Shown here: positions 9,528 through 19,604 of the stretch, in pieces
Layout of the letters: every line of letters begins with the position of its first letter
Numbering within the stretch: position 1 is the first letter of the stretch
Origin: Opitutales bacterium
Lineage (GTDB): Bacteria > Verrucomicrobiota > Verrucomicrobiia > Opitutales > JABSRG01
DNA length: 43,304 bases
Direction: 5' to 3'
NCBI GenBank assembly: GCA_049599475.1
Contig: JBMYOQ010000034.1
Span: 1-43,304 of the forward strand
The notes under the pieces: generated by a model
The model's input: only the letters and a program-made list of their open reading frames with translations
What the model was told of the DNA's origin: nothing
The model's database searches: none
Made by a program: the position numbers and the translations under genes

Positions 9528-9561
9528 GGTTTTTCGATGATCTGCGTTGGAGACGCAAACC

Positions 9562-10857
9562 TCAAATCACATATGGTGCTCGGCGGGTGTATTCGAATGT
9601 TCCTACGGTCTTGGCCTCTTCATCTTCTGGGAAATTCTCTGTCTTGGGATCGAAGGTGACTGTGCGGCCAAGTTTCCAGGCTGTGGCTGCGGCGAAGCAA
9701 GTCATGTGGCCATAGCGGGCGACAGTGGAGTTGCAGACCGGTTGTTTGCGGCTCTTTACGCAATCGAGGAAATCGCGAGCGTGGTCGACAGGGTCGGTGC
9801 CACGGAGTTTGTTGAATGGTTTCCCTGCTATGAGTTGTGGGTCACTCGCTACGATCTTTTGGAAATCTCCCGCTTCTACCCAGCCGTCTTCACCTTCGAA
9901 GCGTATTGGGCAGCTACCCAGGCCTTTAGACCAATGCCCTTCGCCCTTGAAACCTGCGAGACGCATGACGATTTTTACGCCATTGGCGTAGGTGCCTTCA
10001 ATGGTCGTGCCATCCGTTTCATAGTGAAGGGGCGTGGTGTGGTCGGCACTCGCGGCCCATTGGCATAGGTCGACCGTATGGGTGCCCCATTCCGGGAGTC
10101 GGTAGGCTGCGTAGAAGGCCTCATGGTTGCGCCATTGGCCTCGGCAATATTTGCGGTTGAAGGGAACCATTGGAGCGGGCCCTACCCATTTATCCCAGTC
10201 TATAACAGAAGGGTCGGGTAGAGGTTCTTCTGGGAGCGGTTTGAGATAATCTTGAAGGCGCAGAATACCCGCGTGAACGGATTTTAGCTTACCCAATTTG
10301 CCGCTTTGTGCGAGCTCGGCGGCCAGGGCAAAGTTTTGGACGCTACGGCGCTGCGTGCCGGCTTGAAAGATGCGCTTGTGCTTGAGTATTTCCTCATCGA
10401 GCTCGCGGCTCTCTTGCACATTCATCGAGCACGGCTTTTCACAATAGATGTCTTTTCCGGCACGAGCGGCATAGATGGAGGCTGTGGTATGCCAACGGTC
10501 GCCCGTCGCGATGAGAACGGCGTCGATATCGTCGCGTGTTAGGACATCTCCCATGTCCGCGTAAGTCTTGCAGTCCTTATTGCCGAAATTGCGGTCGGTG
10601 AGGCGTTTTATGATCTCGCGGCGTTCCTTTTGAGGGTCCGCAGTTGCGACGAATTGTACCTCAGGATGCTTAAAAAAGGCACTCAGCACATAGCGGCCGC
10701 GTTTGCCGACTCCGATTCCGCCCATCACAATACGGTTTGATGGCGCTACGGTCCCGCTCAGGCCAAGAGCGGAGCTAGGAATCACCATGGGTAGGCCAAT
10801 GCCCACAGCGGCTTTTTTAAGGAAGGTTCTGCGATTCGTTCTAGGTGTGTGAGACAT
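9562..10857 (-). CDS. Tat-exported Gfo/Idh/MocA oxidoreductase
   Basis: Twin-arginine signal NRRTFLKK, GGIGVGKRG, DAVLIATGDRWH, CEKP, QAGTQRRS and WGTHTVD. Confidence 0.92.
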   Translation of the reverse strand: MSHTPRTNRRTFLKKAAVGIGLPMVIPSSALGLSGTVAPSNRIVMGGIGVGKRGRYVLSAFFKHPEVQFVATADPQKERREIIKRLTDRNFGNKDCKTYADMGDVLTRDDIDAVLIATGDRWHTTASIYAARAGKDIYCEKPCSMNVQESRELDEEILKHKRIFQAGTQRRSVQNFALAAELAQSGKLGKLKSVHAGILRLQDYLKPLPEEPLPDPSVIDWDKWVGPAPMVPFNRKYCRGQWRNHEAFYAAYRLPEWGTHTVDLCQWAASADHTTPLHYETDGTTIEGTYANGVKIVMRLAGFKGEGHWSKGLGSCPIRFEGEDGWVEAGDFQKIVASDPQLIAGKPFNKLRGTDPVDHARDFLDCVKSRKQPVCNSTVARYGHMTCFAAATAWKLGRTVTFDPKTENFPEDEEAKTVGTFEYTRRAPYVI

Positions 10858-10887
10858 TGTGGTGTGTCCTCGGAGGTTGTTTGTCTT

Positions 10888-12105
10888 TCAGGAAACGTTT
10901 AATCGTGCGTCAGGATTTTCTGGCCCGAAGTGTTTAAGCATTACGATGGGGTCCGTTTTGGATTTATTCGTAATGGTAACGCCCTCAACTGCAGTATCTT
11001 CAGAAACAAAATACTCATCTTGGGTAAGTTGACCGAAGCGGATTAACGCAGGGGTTTCGATATTCCATTGGCCCATTTGTCCATGCCCTTGCATCATTAT
11101 CATTCCATAACACGCTGCGTCGCGAATCGTTACGGTGCGTCCGGGTAAAATGGTGAGTTCTTTAGCGCTGTATGCGGTATTGCGATAGCATATCCATTTA
11201 TCGATATAGCCGAGCTGTTCAGCTGCTTCAGTCGAGTGTGTGGGCCGTGGCTCCATGAAGTGATTTTCGGCGAAATTGGGATTCACATTAGCCTCCCAAT
11301 CGATGACTTCCATGAGGTAGTCAAAGTCGCCTATGCGATCCTTGGGAGTGTTCGCCCAAAGGAGCTCCTCTGGGATGATTGCATCATTTACGAGAGATTG
11401 ATACATCGCGTAGATGTCGGAGGCCTTTTGCGGTTCATAGGTGCACAGGCTGCCAGGTGCGTGTAGTATTCCCGGGGGTACATCCCAGCCTGTCCCGGGT
11501 TGCAGGCGGTAGGCTTTAGAAAGGTTGGTGATTTTGTTATCACCCTTTGTAAAGCTCTTCAGGCATTCTTTTACCTGCTCTTGCGTGGTTCCGGGTTCGA
11601 ACCCGAAAAAGGTGTATGGGAAATCGGCGCCATAATTATTGAGCTGAGGGGGATAATAGTAGGCTTCAGGCTTTCCGTTTTGGCCTACGAGCGCGGCGTG
11701 CTCATCGCGATGGTGGATGTGGTGTGGGAGTGGGCCTTTGTTGTCGAAAAATTTTGAATACATCGGCCACGATTTATATTCATCCCAAATGCGAGAACCG
11801 AGTAGTCTTTCTCCGAGGGCTTGTACCGCATCCTTCAAGGTGAATGCTGCCGCATCTTCATAAACGACTTGGCTGAGTCCCTCGTTGTGACTGGTTAATG
11901 GACCGTTTTGAGCGGGAGTCGTGGAAGAGAGCCAGCGCTCATCGATGCCGCCGCGGTTTCCACCAAAGGCGTAGTAGTCATCAGGGTGCAGCTTAATGCG
12001 CCGACCTGGGATGCAGAATGAACGAGGCACCCAGGTCGGGGATAGGCGAAGGATGCCCTCGCCGTCTTCGAAGGCTCGGTGGATTTGTGTTTCGAGGGAA
12101 GTCAT
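10888..12105 (-). CDS. Cupin protein resembling type I phosphomannose isomerase; substrate unknown
   Basis: KFFD..GPLPHHIHH, KPEAYY, LHAPG and EPQKASD follow the order of PMI metal- and substrate-binding motifs. Confidence 0.65.
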   Translation of the reverse strand: MTSLETQIHRAFEDGEGILRLSPTWVPRSFCIPGRRIKLHPDDYYAFGGNRGGIDERWLSSTTPAQNGPLTSHNEGLSQVVYEDAAAFTLKDAVQALGERLLGSRIWDEYKSWPMYSKFFDNKGPLPHHIHHRDEHAALVGQNGKPEAYYYPPQLNNYGADFPYTFFGFEPGTTQEQVKECLKSFTKGDNKITNLSKAYRLQPGTGWDVPPGILHAPGSLCTYEPQKASDIYAMYQSLVNDAIIPEELLWANTPKDRIGDFDYLMEVIDWEANVNPNFAENHFMEPRPTHSTEAAEQLGYIDKWICYRNTAYSAKELTILPGRTVTIRDAACYGMIMMQGHGQMGQWNIETPALIRFGQLTQDEYFVSEDTAVEGVTITNKSKTDPIVMLKHFGPENPDARLNVS

Positions 12106-12121
12106 AAGAGGGAGGTTTTAT

Positions 12122-12146
12122 GTAACCGCGGCACTCCGTTGCCGCG
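12122..12146. repeat. Single REP-like hairpin
   Basis: GTAAC-CGCGGCA-ctccgt-TGCCGCG in the intergenic gap. Confidence 0.5.
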
Positions 12147-12213
12147 TATTCAAGAATGATTAAGTGCTGGCGTCATTTTTAATGTCGTGAATCTTTGATA
12201 TAATCCGGTTTTT

Positions 12214-12294
12214 GTAGGGCTCGAGCTTGCTCGACGCCGCAGTGTTCGCGCTTGGTTCTGGTCGCGGCGGCACTCAGACTAGCTGAGGCCCTAC
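12214..12294. repeat. GTAG-type REP doublet (degenerate REPIN-like)
   Basis: Begins GTAGGGC and ends GCCCTAC. Each half has its own hairpin (TCGAGC..GCTCGA; CTCAG..CTGAG), and CGCCGC/GCGGCG can pair internally. Confidence 0.6.
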
Positions 12295-12299
12295 GATTC

Positions 12300-13466
12300 T
12301 CAATTTTCTGCCACTGCAGCTTGTGCGTATTCGACCGTTTTCCACTCTTTGCTTTTCGCGGATTGTAATACAGCTTCGCATACAGCATCTGTTTTAGCCG
12401 CTTCAGCGAAATCAGGGGAGAAGGTGCATTCGCCGGTCTCCAGACTTTTTAGAAATTCGTAGAGACAATGAACGAAGGAATGCTCGTAGCCGATATTTGT
12501 GCCGGGGACCCACCATTTATCCATGTAGGGGTGGTCGCCATCGGTCACATGAATGGAGCGCCAGCCGCGGAGATCTCCGTCGGCATTATCGAAGTAGGAG
12601 AGGCGATGGAGGTCGTGGAGATCCCAGGAAAGCGAGGCATCTTTGCCGTTCATCTCAAAGGTATAGAGAGCCTTGTGACCCCGTGCGTAGCGTGTGGATT
12701 CGAAAATGGCCATAGATCCGTTCTCAAAGCGCGCTAGGAAAGCACTGGCGTCGTCAATATGAACTGTTTGTTTTTCGCCGGTTTCGTTGTGGTGACGTTC
12801 CTTGACGAAGGTTTCTGTCATGGCGCTCACGGAGGTAATGTGGCCATTGAGCCACATTGCTGTATCAATACAATGAGCCAGAAGGTCGCCGGTGACGCCA
12901 CTGCCAGATGATTCGATATCTAGACGCCAGAGCCCTTCGCCGCCCTGGGGGAGATCTTCGCTAATGGTCCAGTCCTGTAAGAAATTGGCTCGGTAGTGAT
13001 AGATGCGTCCGAGTTTCCCTGCATCGACTAGATTCTTGGCCATGGTAACCGCAGGGACAAATCGGTAATTATACCAAACTAAGGTGCGCACGCCTGCAGC
13101 CTCAGCAGCTGCGGCAATTTCTTGGCTCTCCGCCGCATTCATACCCAAGGGCTTCTCGCAGAGTATCATCTTACCTGCTTGAGCGGTTGCCAGGGCGATC
13201 TCCTTATGCATGTGGTTGGGCGCGGCGATGTCGATGGCATCGATATCGGGGCGCTCAATGAGCTTGCGCCAATCTGTTTCATAGCCCGCGTAGCCCCAGT
13301 TTTCAGCAAAGGCCTTCACTTTCTCTTCATTACGCCCGCAGACAGCTTTGAGGACGGGCTGGTACGCGCAGTCGAAGAAGCGATTTACTTTGAGGTAGGC
13401 ATTCGAATGGGTGCGACCCATGAAACCGTAGCCGACGATACCGATGTTTAGCGTTTTCTTTGGCAT
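12300..13466 (-). CDS. Cytoplasmic Gfo/Idh/MocA oxidoreductase (levoglucosan/inositol dehydrogenase-like)
   Basis: [34 protein letters not shown] and GDLLAHCID. Confidence 0.92.
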   Translation of the reverse strand: MPKKTLNIGIVGYGFMGRTHSNAYLKVNRFFDCAYQPVLKAVCGRNEEKVKAFAENWGYAGYETDWRKLIERPDIDAIDIAAPNHMHKEIALATAQAGKMILCEKPLGMNAAESQEIAAAAEAAGVRTLVWYNYRFVPAVTMAKNLVDAGKLGRIYHYRANFLQDWTISEDLPQGGEGLWRLDIESSGSGVTGDLLAHCIDTAMWLNGHITSVSAMTETFVKERHHNETGEKQTVHIDDASAFLARFENGSMAIFESTRYARGHKALYTFEMNGKDASLSWDLHDLHRLSYFDNADGDLRGWRSIHVTDGDHPYMDKWWVPGTNIGYEHSFVHCLYEFLKSLETGECTFSPDFAEAAKTDAVCEAVLQSAKSKEWKTVEYAQAAVAEN

Positions 13467-13621
13467 TAGATGGGGGACTTTTTTTTGATAAGAAATACGC
13501 CGAGCGCTTCCTTTAAAATGTCCCCAAAGTATGCCAGATTGTTCTATTGAACTGATAGGATTATACCATTGTTCTTTTGTAGAATATCGGCATCGAGCTT
13601 CTTTTTTACCTATGGAAAAGC

Positions 13622-14377
13622 TTAGTTATGCTGATAGCGTTTCCGGTAATTTGCAGGGGTAGAATGCATGATGCTGCGGAATACTTTTGTGAAGTAGCTT
13701 TGATCGTAAAAGCCGCAATCATGGGCTATCGAAACGACCGATTGTTGACTTCTTGCTAGCTTCAAGCAGGCCTGATTTACCCGGTAGCGATTGATGTATT
13801 GAGCGGGTGTCATATGGAAGACCTTTTTGAAATTTCGACCCAGAGCGCTGACAGAGAGTCCTGCCTGGGATGCGAGGTCATCCAGAAGGATGTCTTGTGA
13901 AAAATTCTGGGTAATATGATCGATTGCTTTTTGGAGAGTAGGGTTTTGCAATGGAGCGGAACCTTGGTCTTTCAGCTCTCTGGTGATGCCTACTAAGCCC
14001 TGAATGCTACCATCCTTAGATATAAGTGGAGTCTTGCTGGTAACATGCCATTTGATGATGCCGTTCATGGTCGTCACGAGCTCTACTTTATTAATAATAC
14101 TCTCACCTCCGAGGATGACTTTTTCGTCGTCTTTACGATAGGCGCTGTCGGCATATTCGTCGCAGTATTCTGTATCGAATTTTCCGATAATATCGGCCTT
14201 GCGGCTGAGCCCAAACATGTCGGATAGACCTTGGTTCACATAGACGAAGCGGCGATCGCGATCTTTCACAAAAAAGAGAACGCCTGGCAGGTGCTCGAAG
14301 AGCTCTTCAGCAAGGGAGACGATGTGCTTCTCTTCGATGAAGTGCCTTAGGTTCTTTCTGCTCTTGCTGAGGTCCAT
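13622..14377 (-). CDS. AraC-family regulator with an N-terminal PAS domain
   Basis: [15 protein letters not shown]...DDEKV..G PAS signature. C-terminal [18 protein letters not shown]...TPANYR. Confidence 0.92.
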   Translation of the reverse strand: MDLSKSRKNLRHFIEEKHIVSLAEELFEHLPGVLFFVKDRDRRFVYVNQGLSDMFGLSRKADIIGKFDTEYCDEYADSAYRKDDEKVILGGESIINKVELVTTMNGIIKWHVTSKTPLISKDGSIQGLVGITRELKDQGSAPLQNPTLQKAIDHITQNFSQDILLDDLASQAGLSVSALGRNFKKVFHMTPAQYINRYRVNQACLKLARSQQSVVSIAHDCGFYDQSYFTKVFRSIMHSTPANYRKRYQHN

Positions 14378-14519
14378 GGGGTGTAGGGGGTAAACGCCGA
14401 TTCTCTACTATAAGTCGCAGATAAAGTCCAATATTTGAATGGGGTCTTGGGGTATGATGAATGATCCCAGTAGAGGCCGATCTTTGGCCATTTTAGAAAC
14501 CCTCTATTCCATCCATTTT

Positions 14520-15581
14520 ATGAAGTTAAAATTGCACAATGCTATGTGGCCGGGCCTCGTCGGAAAGGGCGCACCGGATACTGAACCTTTTATCTCGCTC
14601 GAGCGTATGCTCGAGCTTACGCAAGCAGCGCGTGTGGATGGGCATACTTACGATGGGGTCGATCTGTTTCTCTTTCAGCCGCATATGGATATCTTTTCCG
14701 ATGAGGCTACGATCCGGCGGATGGCAGATCTGATCGCGGATCATGGCTTCAATGTGGGAACTCTAGTAGCTCCCGTCTGGGAAGGCACTGTCGGGGCGTC
14801 TGCTATGGGCGGTGCAGAAGAGCGTAGTAAATATCTGAAGGCTATTGAAGCAGCTTGCCGTGTGGGATCGATTCTTCGCGAGCACGGGGTGCGCACATAT
14901 GGTTGTATCCGTATCGATTCGGCTGCCTCGCCTGCTGAGTGGGCGAAAGATCCTGAGACCAATACGCAACTGATCGCCAACACTTTTAAAGACGCCGCTC
15001 GTATCGCGGAGGGGTTCGGTGAGCGCCTTGCCGCCGAGGGGGAAATCTGTTGGGCCGGCATGCATTCATGGAAATATATGCAAGAACTCCTCGAGCGCGT
15101 AGGGATGCCAGAAACTTTAGGTTTCCAGGCTGACCTGGCGCATACTTATCTGTACCTGCTTGGGGTCAATGCGCCTGAGCATCGGCTGCTCTCAGAGGGG
15201 TATGGCAAGGAAGCCTTTTGCGAAGCGTACCGTGAAATGGTGGATGCCTTGGGACCTTGGCTATTTGATTTCCATGTGGCTCAGAGCAACGGGACTGTCT
15301 TTGGCAGTGGGAGTCATGATAAAACGGGCCGACACTGTGCTGCGGACGCCGAAGATGGCAAACTCGATATCGTGGAGTGTTCACTGGCGTGGTTGCTCGA
15401 TGACAATAAGCAAATACGCGGTAATTTGGAGCACATCTGCTGGGACGGGTGTATGTTTCCGAATGCAACTTTGGAATCTGCTGAGACTTGGGAAAATATT
15501 TTAAAAGTCATGCAGGAAATTTGTGAAAAAGTGGACGATGCGCAAAAATGCATCGGAAACTCTGCCGATATTCAGGCTTAA
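14520..15581 (+). CDS. Sugar phosphate isomerase/epimerase (xylose isomerase-like TIM barrel)
   Basis: [17 protein letters not shown] start, [20 protein letters not shown] and CWDGCMF. ATG 14520 is preferred over 14439. Confidence 0.8.
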   Translation: MKLKLHNAMWPGLVGKGAPDTEPFISLERMLELTQAARVDGHTYDGVDLFLFQPHMDIFSDEATIRRMADLIADHGFNVGTLVAPVWEGTVGASAMGGAEERSKYLKAIEAACRVGSILREHGVRTYGCIRIDSAASPAEWAKDPETNTQLIANTFKDAARIAEGFGERLAAEGEICWAGMHSWKYMQELLERVGMPETLGFQADLAHTYLYLLGVNAPEHRLLSEGYGKEAFCEAYREMVDALGPWLFDFHVAQSNGTVFGSGSHDKTGRHCAADAEDGKLDIVECSLAWLLDDNKQIRGNLEHICWDGCMFPNATLESAETWENILKVMQEICEKVDDAQKCIGNSADIQA

Positions 15582-15588
15582 TTTTATT

Positions 15589-16278
15589 ATGAAGAAACGA
15601 GTATTTTTTGTGGGAATCCAATGGCTGCTTTTAGCATGGGTGAATGTAGCCCAGGGAGCATCCGAGGAGGGGCACCATCCAGAGTGGGAGTCATTCGATG
15701 TCGCGAACGCTGCTGGGTATGTTGCGTTATTTAATGGCGAAGACTTTGACGGCTGGGACGGGGCATCTGATCTTTTCCGGATTGAGGAGGGTGTTATCAT
15801 CGCGGGGACGACCCAGAAAAAAATTCAGAATTCTGAATACCTCTCGACGCAGGCTGAGTATTATGATTTTGAGCTGCGCGCTGACTTCAAAATGGTCGGA
15901 GGTAAGAAAGTAAACGGGGGAATTCAATTTCGTTCTAGACGCGATCCGGCAAAAGGGGGGCTCGTTGGATATCAAGCAGATATTATTAAGAATGATCCAC
16001 GTAGCGGGCGGATCTATGATCAGTCGCGCCGTAATGGATTTGTCGACCCCGGGATCTTGGGTAAGAACGTAAAGTTCCAAAATGACAAGGAGTGGAATCA
16101 CATGGTTGTGCGCTGCCGCGGAAATCATATCCAGATCTTTGTGAACGGCTGGAAAACGGTGGACCACGTCGAAACCGATGAAACGATTGCTGCCTTAAAA
16201 GGTGTCTTTGGTTTACAGGTACACAAAGGCCCTCCCATGGAGCTGCACTACCGGAACCTCTTTCTCAAAGAATTGTAA
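15589..16278 (+). CDS. DUF1080 secreted protein
   Basis: Signal peptide MKKRVFF..NVAQG, LFNGEDFDGW, DFELRADFK, NGGIQFRS, GYQADI, WNH..V and GLQVH..FLKEL. Starts 7 nt after the upstream stop. Confidence 0.88.
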   Translation: MKKRVFFVGIQWLLLAWVNVAQGASEEGHHPEWESFDVANAAGYVALFNGEDFDGWDGASDLFRIEEGVIIAGTTQKKIQNSEYLSTQAEYYDFELRADFKMVGGKKVNGGIQFRSRRDPAKGGLVGYQADIIKNDPRSGRIYDQSRRNGFVDPGILGKNVKFQNDKEWNHMVVRCRGNHIQIFVNGWKTVDHVETDETIAALKGVFGLQVHKGPPMELHYRNLFLKEL

Positions 16279-16286
16279 TTTCCATA

Positions 16287-16376
16287 AAGGTAGGACGAAC
16301 CGTCCCGGTGAGCCGCGATGGGCGAGTTTATTTCTTAGACCCTCGATCGGCTCACCGAGACGGTTCGCCCTACCTT
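16287..16376. repeat. GTAG-type REP doublet (REPIN-like) between convergent genes
   Basis: AAGGTAGGACGAACCGTCCCGGTGAGCCG is inverted with CGGCTCACCGAGACGGTTCGCCCTACCTT, with 2 mismatches. Confidence 0.85.
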
Positions 16377-16430
16377 ATTGATTCCGAATTTTTTCTTCGG
16401 CTTTCTAGGCGCCTCCGCGCGAGATAATTA

Positions 16431-17807
16431 TTATCTGCCGTTCGCCTTTGGGAATTTTGTAAGGTAGAATTCGAGCCGTTCTTGTTTCTGCTTCAAGATG
16501 TGCGCATATTCCGGATTGCTTGCCAAATTTTTGAGCTCGTTGGGGTCGTTTTTCAGGTCAAACAAAGACTCGTGAGGCGTGTCGTAGAATTTTGAATACT
16601 TGAAGCGTTCTCCTCTCACTGTATGCCAGTCATTGTAGCGTCGAAATGCGTGTTCAAAAAAAGTATCTTTGCGCCATGGGATGGAGCCTTCCGCTTGGAG
16701 GAGAGGGACTAATGATTGACCTTGGTAGATCTCGGGGATTTCTACATGAGCCAGATCTAAGAGGGTAGCCGGGAGGTCGACGTTATTGATTATTTCTTTG
16801 AGGCTCCGGCCGCGATTTTCGGGTGTTAGCCGAGGGTCGAAGATGATCAAGGGGATGCTCAGAGACTGTTCGTAGGGGTTCCACTTGCCTGCTAAGCCGC
16901 GATCGCCCATGTGGAATCCATTGTCTGCGGTGTAGATGATGACTGTGTTCTCGCTTAAGCCTTGCTGCTCTAAAGCTTCCAAGACGCGGGCAATTGCGTT
17001 GTCGATACCCGTAAGCATCCGAAAGTAGGCTTGGATATTTGCTTGGTATTTTTCAGGCGTATCCCAGCGCCAGAAGAAGCGTTCGCGGCTCAATTCGTTT
17101 GGGTTCTTCAGGAAGTCAGGTAGCGCTTCGAAGAATTCGGGGTTTGATAATTTGGGTTCTGGGAACTCGGTAGCCTCATAGAGCCCATCCGCGGATTCTG
17201 GCCACTGGAAATGGTATCCCGGACGGCGGTCTTTGTCCTCGGCGTGGGTCGCGTTGAAACTGACAGATAGGCAGAAGGGGCTGTTCTTGGGTGCACTTTC
17301 TATGAATCGAATGGCTGCATCTGCGCATAGGTCTGTTTCGTGTCGCTCTGTGCCATTTTTTAGCTTCTTGATGTAAGGAGATCGATTGATGTATTGGTAG
17401 AAATCGAATGTCTTTCGGAGCCCTGGTTTTTGGAACTTTACGCCATACTTTCCCGCGAATCCGACGCGGTAGCCTGATGATTTCAATGCGGCAGGGTAGC
17501 TCGTTTCTATGTATTTTGAGGGAACGGGTGGTTTGCCAAAATTATAGCCATGGGTACGCTGGGTGAGCCCAGTAAAAAGAGTTGCGCGGCTTGCTGCACA
17601 GATGGGGGCTTGGCAGAATGCGTTTTCGAATAAGACGCCCTCAGAAGCGAGGCGATCGAGCGTGGGCGTTATCGCAAACGTGTTTCCATAGGCTCCGAGG
17701 ACATCCGCGCGTTGATCGTCTGCTAAAAAGAAAATGATGTTCGGGCGCTCCTCTGCTTTCAGAATTAATCCGTAAATAATTAGGAGGACAATAGAGGAAA
17801 AGCGCAT
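16431..17807 (-). CDS. Sulfatase (S1, Cys-type)
   Basis: Signal peptide, RPNIIFFLADDQR, CAASRATLFTG, GKY, YTADNG and GKW. Confidence 0.93.
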   Translation of the reverse strand: MRFSSIVLLIIYGLILKAEERPNIIFFLADDQRADVLGAYGNTFAITPTLDRLASEGVLFENAFCQAPICAASRATLFTGLTQRTHGYNFGKPPVPSKYIETSYPAALKSSGYRVGFAGKYGVKFQKPGLRKTFDFYQYINRSPYIKKLKNGTERHETDLCADAAIRFIESAPKNSPFCLSVSFNATHAEDKDRRPGYHFQWPESADGLYEATEFPEPKLSNPEFFEALPDFLKNPNELSRERFFWRWDTPEKYQANIQAYFRMLTGIDNAIARVLEALEQQGLSENTVIIYTADNGFHMGDRGLAGKWNPYEQSLSIPLIIFDPRLTPENRGRSLKEIINNVDLPATLLDLAHVEIPEIYQGQSLVPLLQAEGSIPWRKDTFFEHAFRRYNDWHTVRGERFKYSKFYDTPHESLFDLKNDPNELKNLASNPEYAHILKQKQERLEFYLTKFPKANGR

Positions 17808-18077
17808 GGGAACACTGTGTATGTCGGCTTGTGGGTGGGCAGGGTTAAGAACCTCTGGGATGTGGTGAACTTTAAAGTATACCCGGATAAACCTGGGGTA
17901 TCTTGGAGGATTCGAGCCGATTTTGGTGAATTCTGAGACTTTGTGAATTTGAAACTGGGTAACTGCTACAATCCGACCTCAGTTATCATAAGGCGCTTCT
18001 CGCATGTAGACATCGCCCTGCCGGTACCCTCTGAACGGAAACTCTGAGTCGCAATGTGGTATCAGATGAGTTTCTGA

Positions 18078-19604
18078 TTATGACGATTGATTCGAGAGTG
18101 CCTCTTGCAATTTTGCTATCTCGCTCGCTTCGTGCTCGGAGGTGAAATCTTTTTCCATGTTGTAGAGGATCGCGTCGAGGTCACCCCAGCGTTTGCTGAA
18201 TGCGAGAATTTTCGCTGTGCTATACGCGATGGACCAATCTGTTGCGTAGAGGTTGTAGCCGTCTATCATTCTCTCGATGTGCTTTGCCTGAATGGACTCT
18301 GACTCGGTTAGCAGTTGGCCCAGGGTCCGGTAAGTATCGCGGCGTGAGGGATCCAGCGCGAGAGCTGTGTCAATTAATTGGATACGTTCGTCGATTTCAA
18401 TTTCGTTCCCATGGGGACCGTGTTTGGCCGTAAAAGTGTATGGATAAGGATTGTTGCTCTGAAGCTCGATAGCTCGGGCAATATTATCGTGTATTTGCTC
18501 GTCACGGTCCATGTCGTCGATAGCTGATTGGTAGCGATACATCATCGCTCTGGACAGAAAGGCGTCGGGGCTATCCGGATCTAAAACAGTCGCGGAATAG
18601 AGAAGCTTATTTGCCGTATCGAAGCGACGGGCACGTGCCATTAAATCGCCGTGATACGTCTTTTCCTCAGCTTCGGTGAGTTCTCTGAGAGAAATAAGTG
18701 TTTTTTCAGGGGAGTCGGGTATTTTGGTTTTTATAATACCGAAGCGTGTCTTCCCGGACACATATTTTCGCAGTTCTTTGTCAAAGGTATCTGGATCTAC
18801 ACCGAATGCTTTTTCGAAGCGTGTTCCTAGGTCAGGCTCTCGATAAAGTCTCAAATATTTGAAAGGTGCATCTAGGTATTTGCGATCCTTCTCAAAAAAG
18901 CACATGTGGACTGCGGCCCAGCTTTGTGCGTAGAAGCTTCGTATCTTGTCGCGGTCCGTGCCGAAGGGTCCACCGCGTGTGGCAGCGATGATATCTTCCA
19001 TTTTATAAAGGCCTTTGCTCAGGCGGTATGTTTTACCATCTGGGACGTGGCCAAAGCTGAAGGTATTTCCCTTTATTTTTGAGGTCGAAAATACTTCGGC
19101 AATGCCTTCGCTCAGCCAATAGGGAAGGCGCCGATCTTCGTCGCTCGCCAAGAAGTGGATGAGCTCGTGGTATATGACTTCGCGGTCATAGTTTCCTGGG
19201 GCACCCTCATAGACTACTATTGTGGGTGCGTCGCTTCGTTTGTAGAAAACTCCTCCGACCTTTTTAGGGGTCCCATCATCCTTCAATGGGGAGAATTTAT
19301 CAAAGTCCTTTTTTCGGTCGAAAAGATATATGCGCAGGCGCGGCTTTTGTTGGAATTTGGCATCAGGAACTAGGTAAAGAAACGCATGCCGAAATTTCTC
19401 AAATTCATCAGCTGCTATCCGGATGTCCAAGCTGGACGCGTCACTGATAATTTCGAAATTCTCGGTTTTTCCTATTTTCCAGTCCGCAATGAGGTGAGAC
19501 TGCATGAAGAGAAAAGCGATGGTGTACCCTCGCAATACCCGATTGATTCTAGAAGACATAGACATAGACGCACTCCAGAAAGTCAGAACCCGTGGATGTC
19601 GCAA
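18078..19604 (-). CDS. Secreted DUF1570/gluzincin-like metallopeptidase domain protein with a TPR-like C-terminus
   Basis: HELIH followed by LPYWLSEGIAE and FYAQSWA. The helical tail carries ATVLDPD, AIELQSN and ALALDPS. The start may be a downstream Met. Confidence 0.7.
   Translation of the reverse strand: MRHPRVLTFWSASMSMSSRINRVLRGYTIAFLFMQSHLIADWKIGKTENFEIISDASSLDIRIAADEFEKFRHAFLYLVPDAKFQQKPRLRIYLFDRKKDFDKFSPLKDDGTPKKVGGVFYKRSDAPTIVVYEGAPGNYDREVIYHELIHFLASDEDRRLPYWLSEGIAEVFSTSKIKGNTFSFGHVPDGKTYRLSKGLYKMEDIIAATRGGPFGTDRDKIRSFYAQSWAAVHMCFFEKDRKYLDAPFKYLRLYREPDLGTRFEKAFGVDPDTFDKELRKYVSGKTRFGIIKTKIPDSPEKTLISLRELTEAEEKTYHGDLMARARRFDTANKLLYSATVLDPDSPDAFLSRAMMYRYQSAIDDMDRDEQIHDNIARAIELQSNNPYPYTFTAKHGPHGNEIEIDERIQLIDTALALDPSRRDTYRTLGQLLTESESIQAKHIERMIDGYNLYATDWSIAYSTAKILAFSKRWGDLDAILYNMEKDFTSEHEASEIAKLQEALSNQSS

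Noticed and set aside
9547..10068. 173-aa plus-strand ORF
   Set aside because: It is an antisense shadow of the Gfo/Idh/MocA gene with no recognisable motifs.
11591..11605. tRNA T-arm-like CGGGTTCGAACCCG
   Set aside because: It lies inside the cupin CDS, with no acceptor, D or anticodon arms around it.
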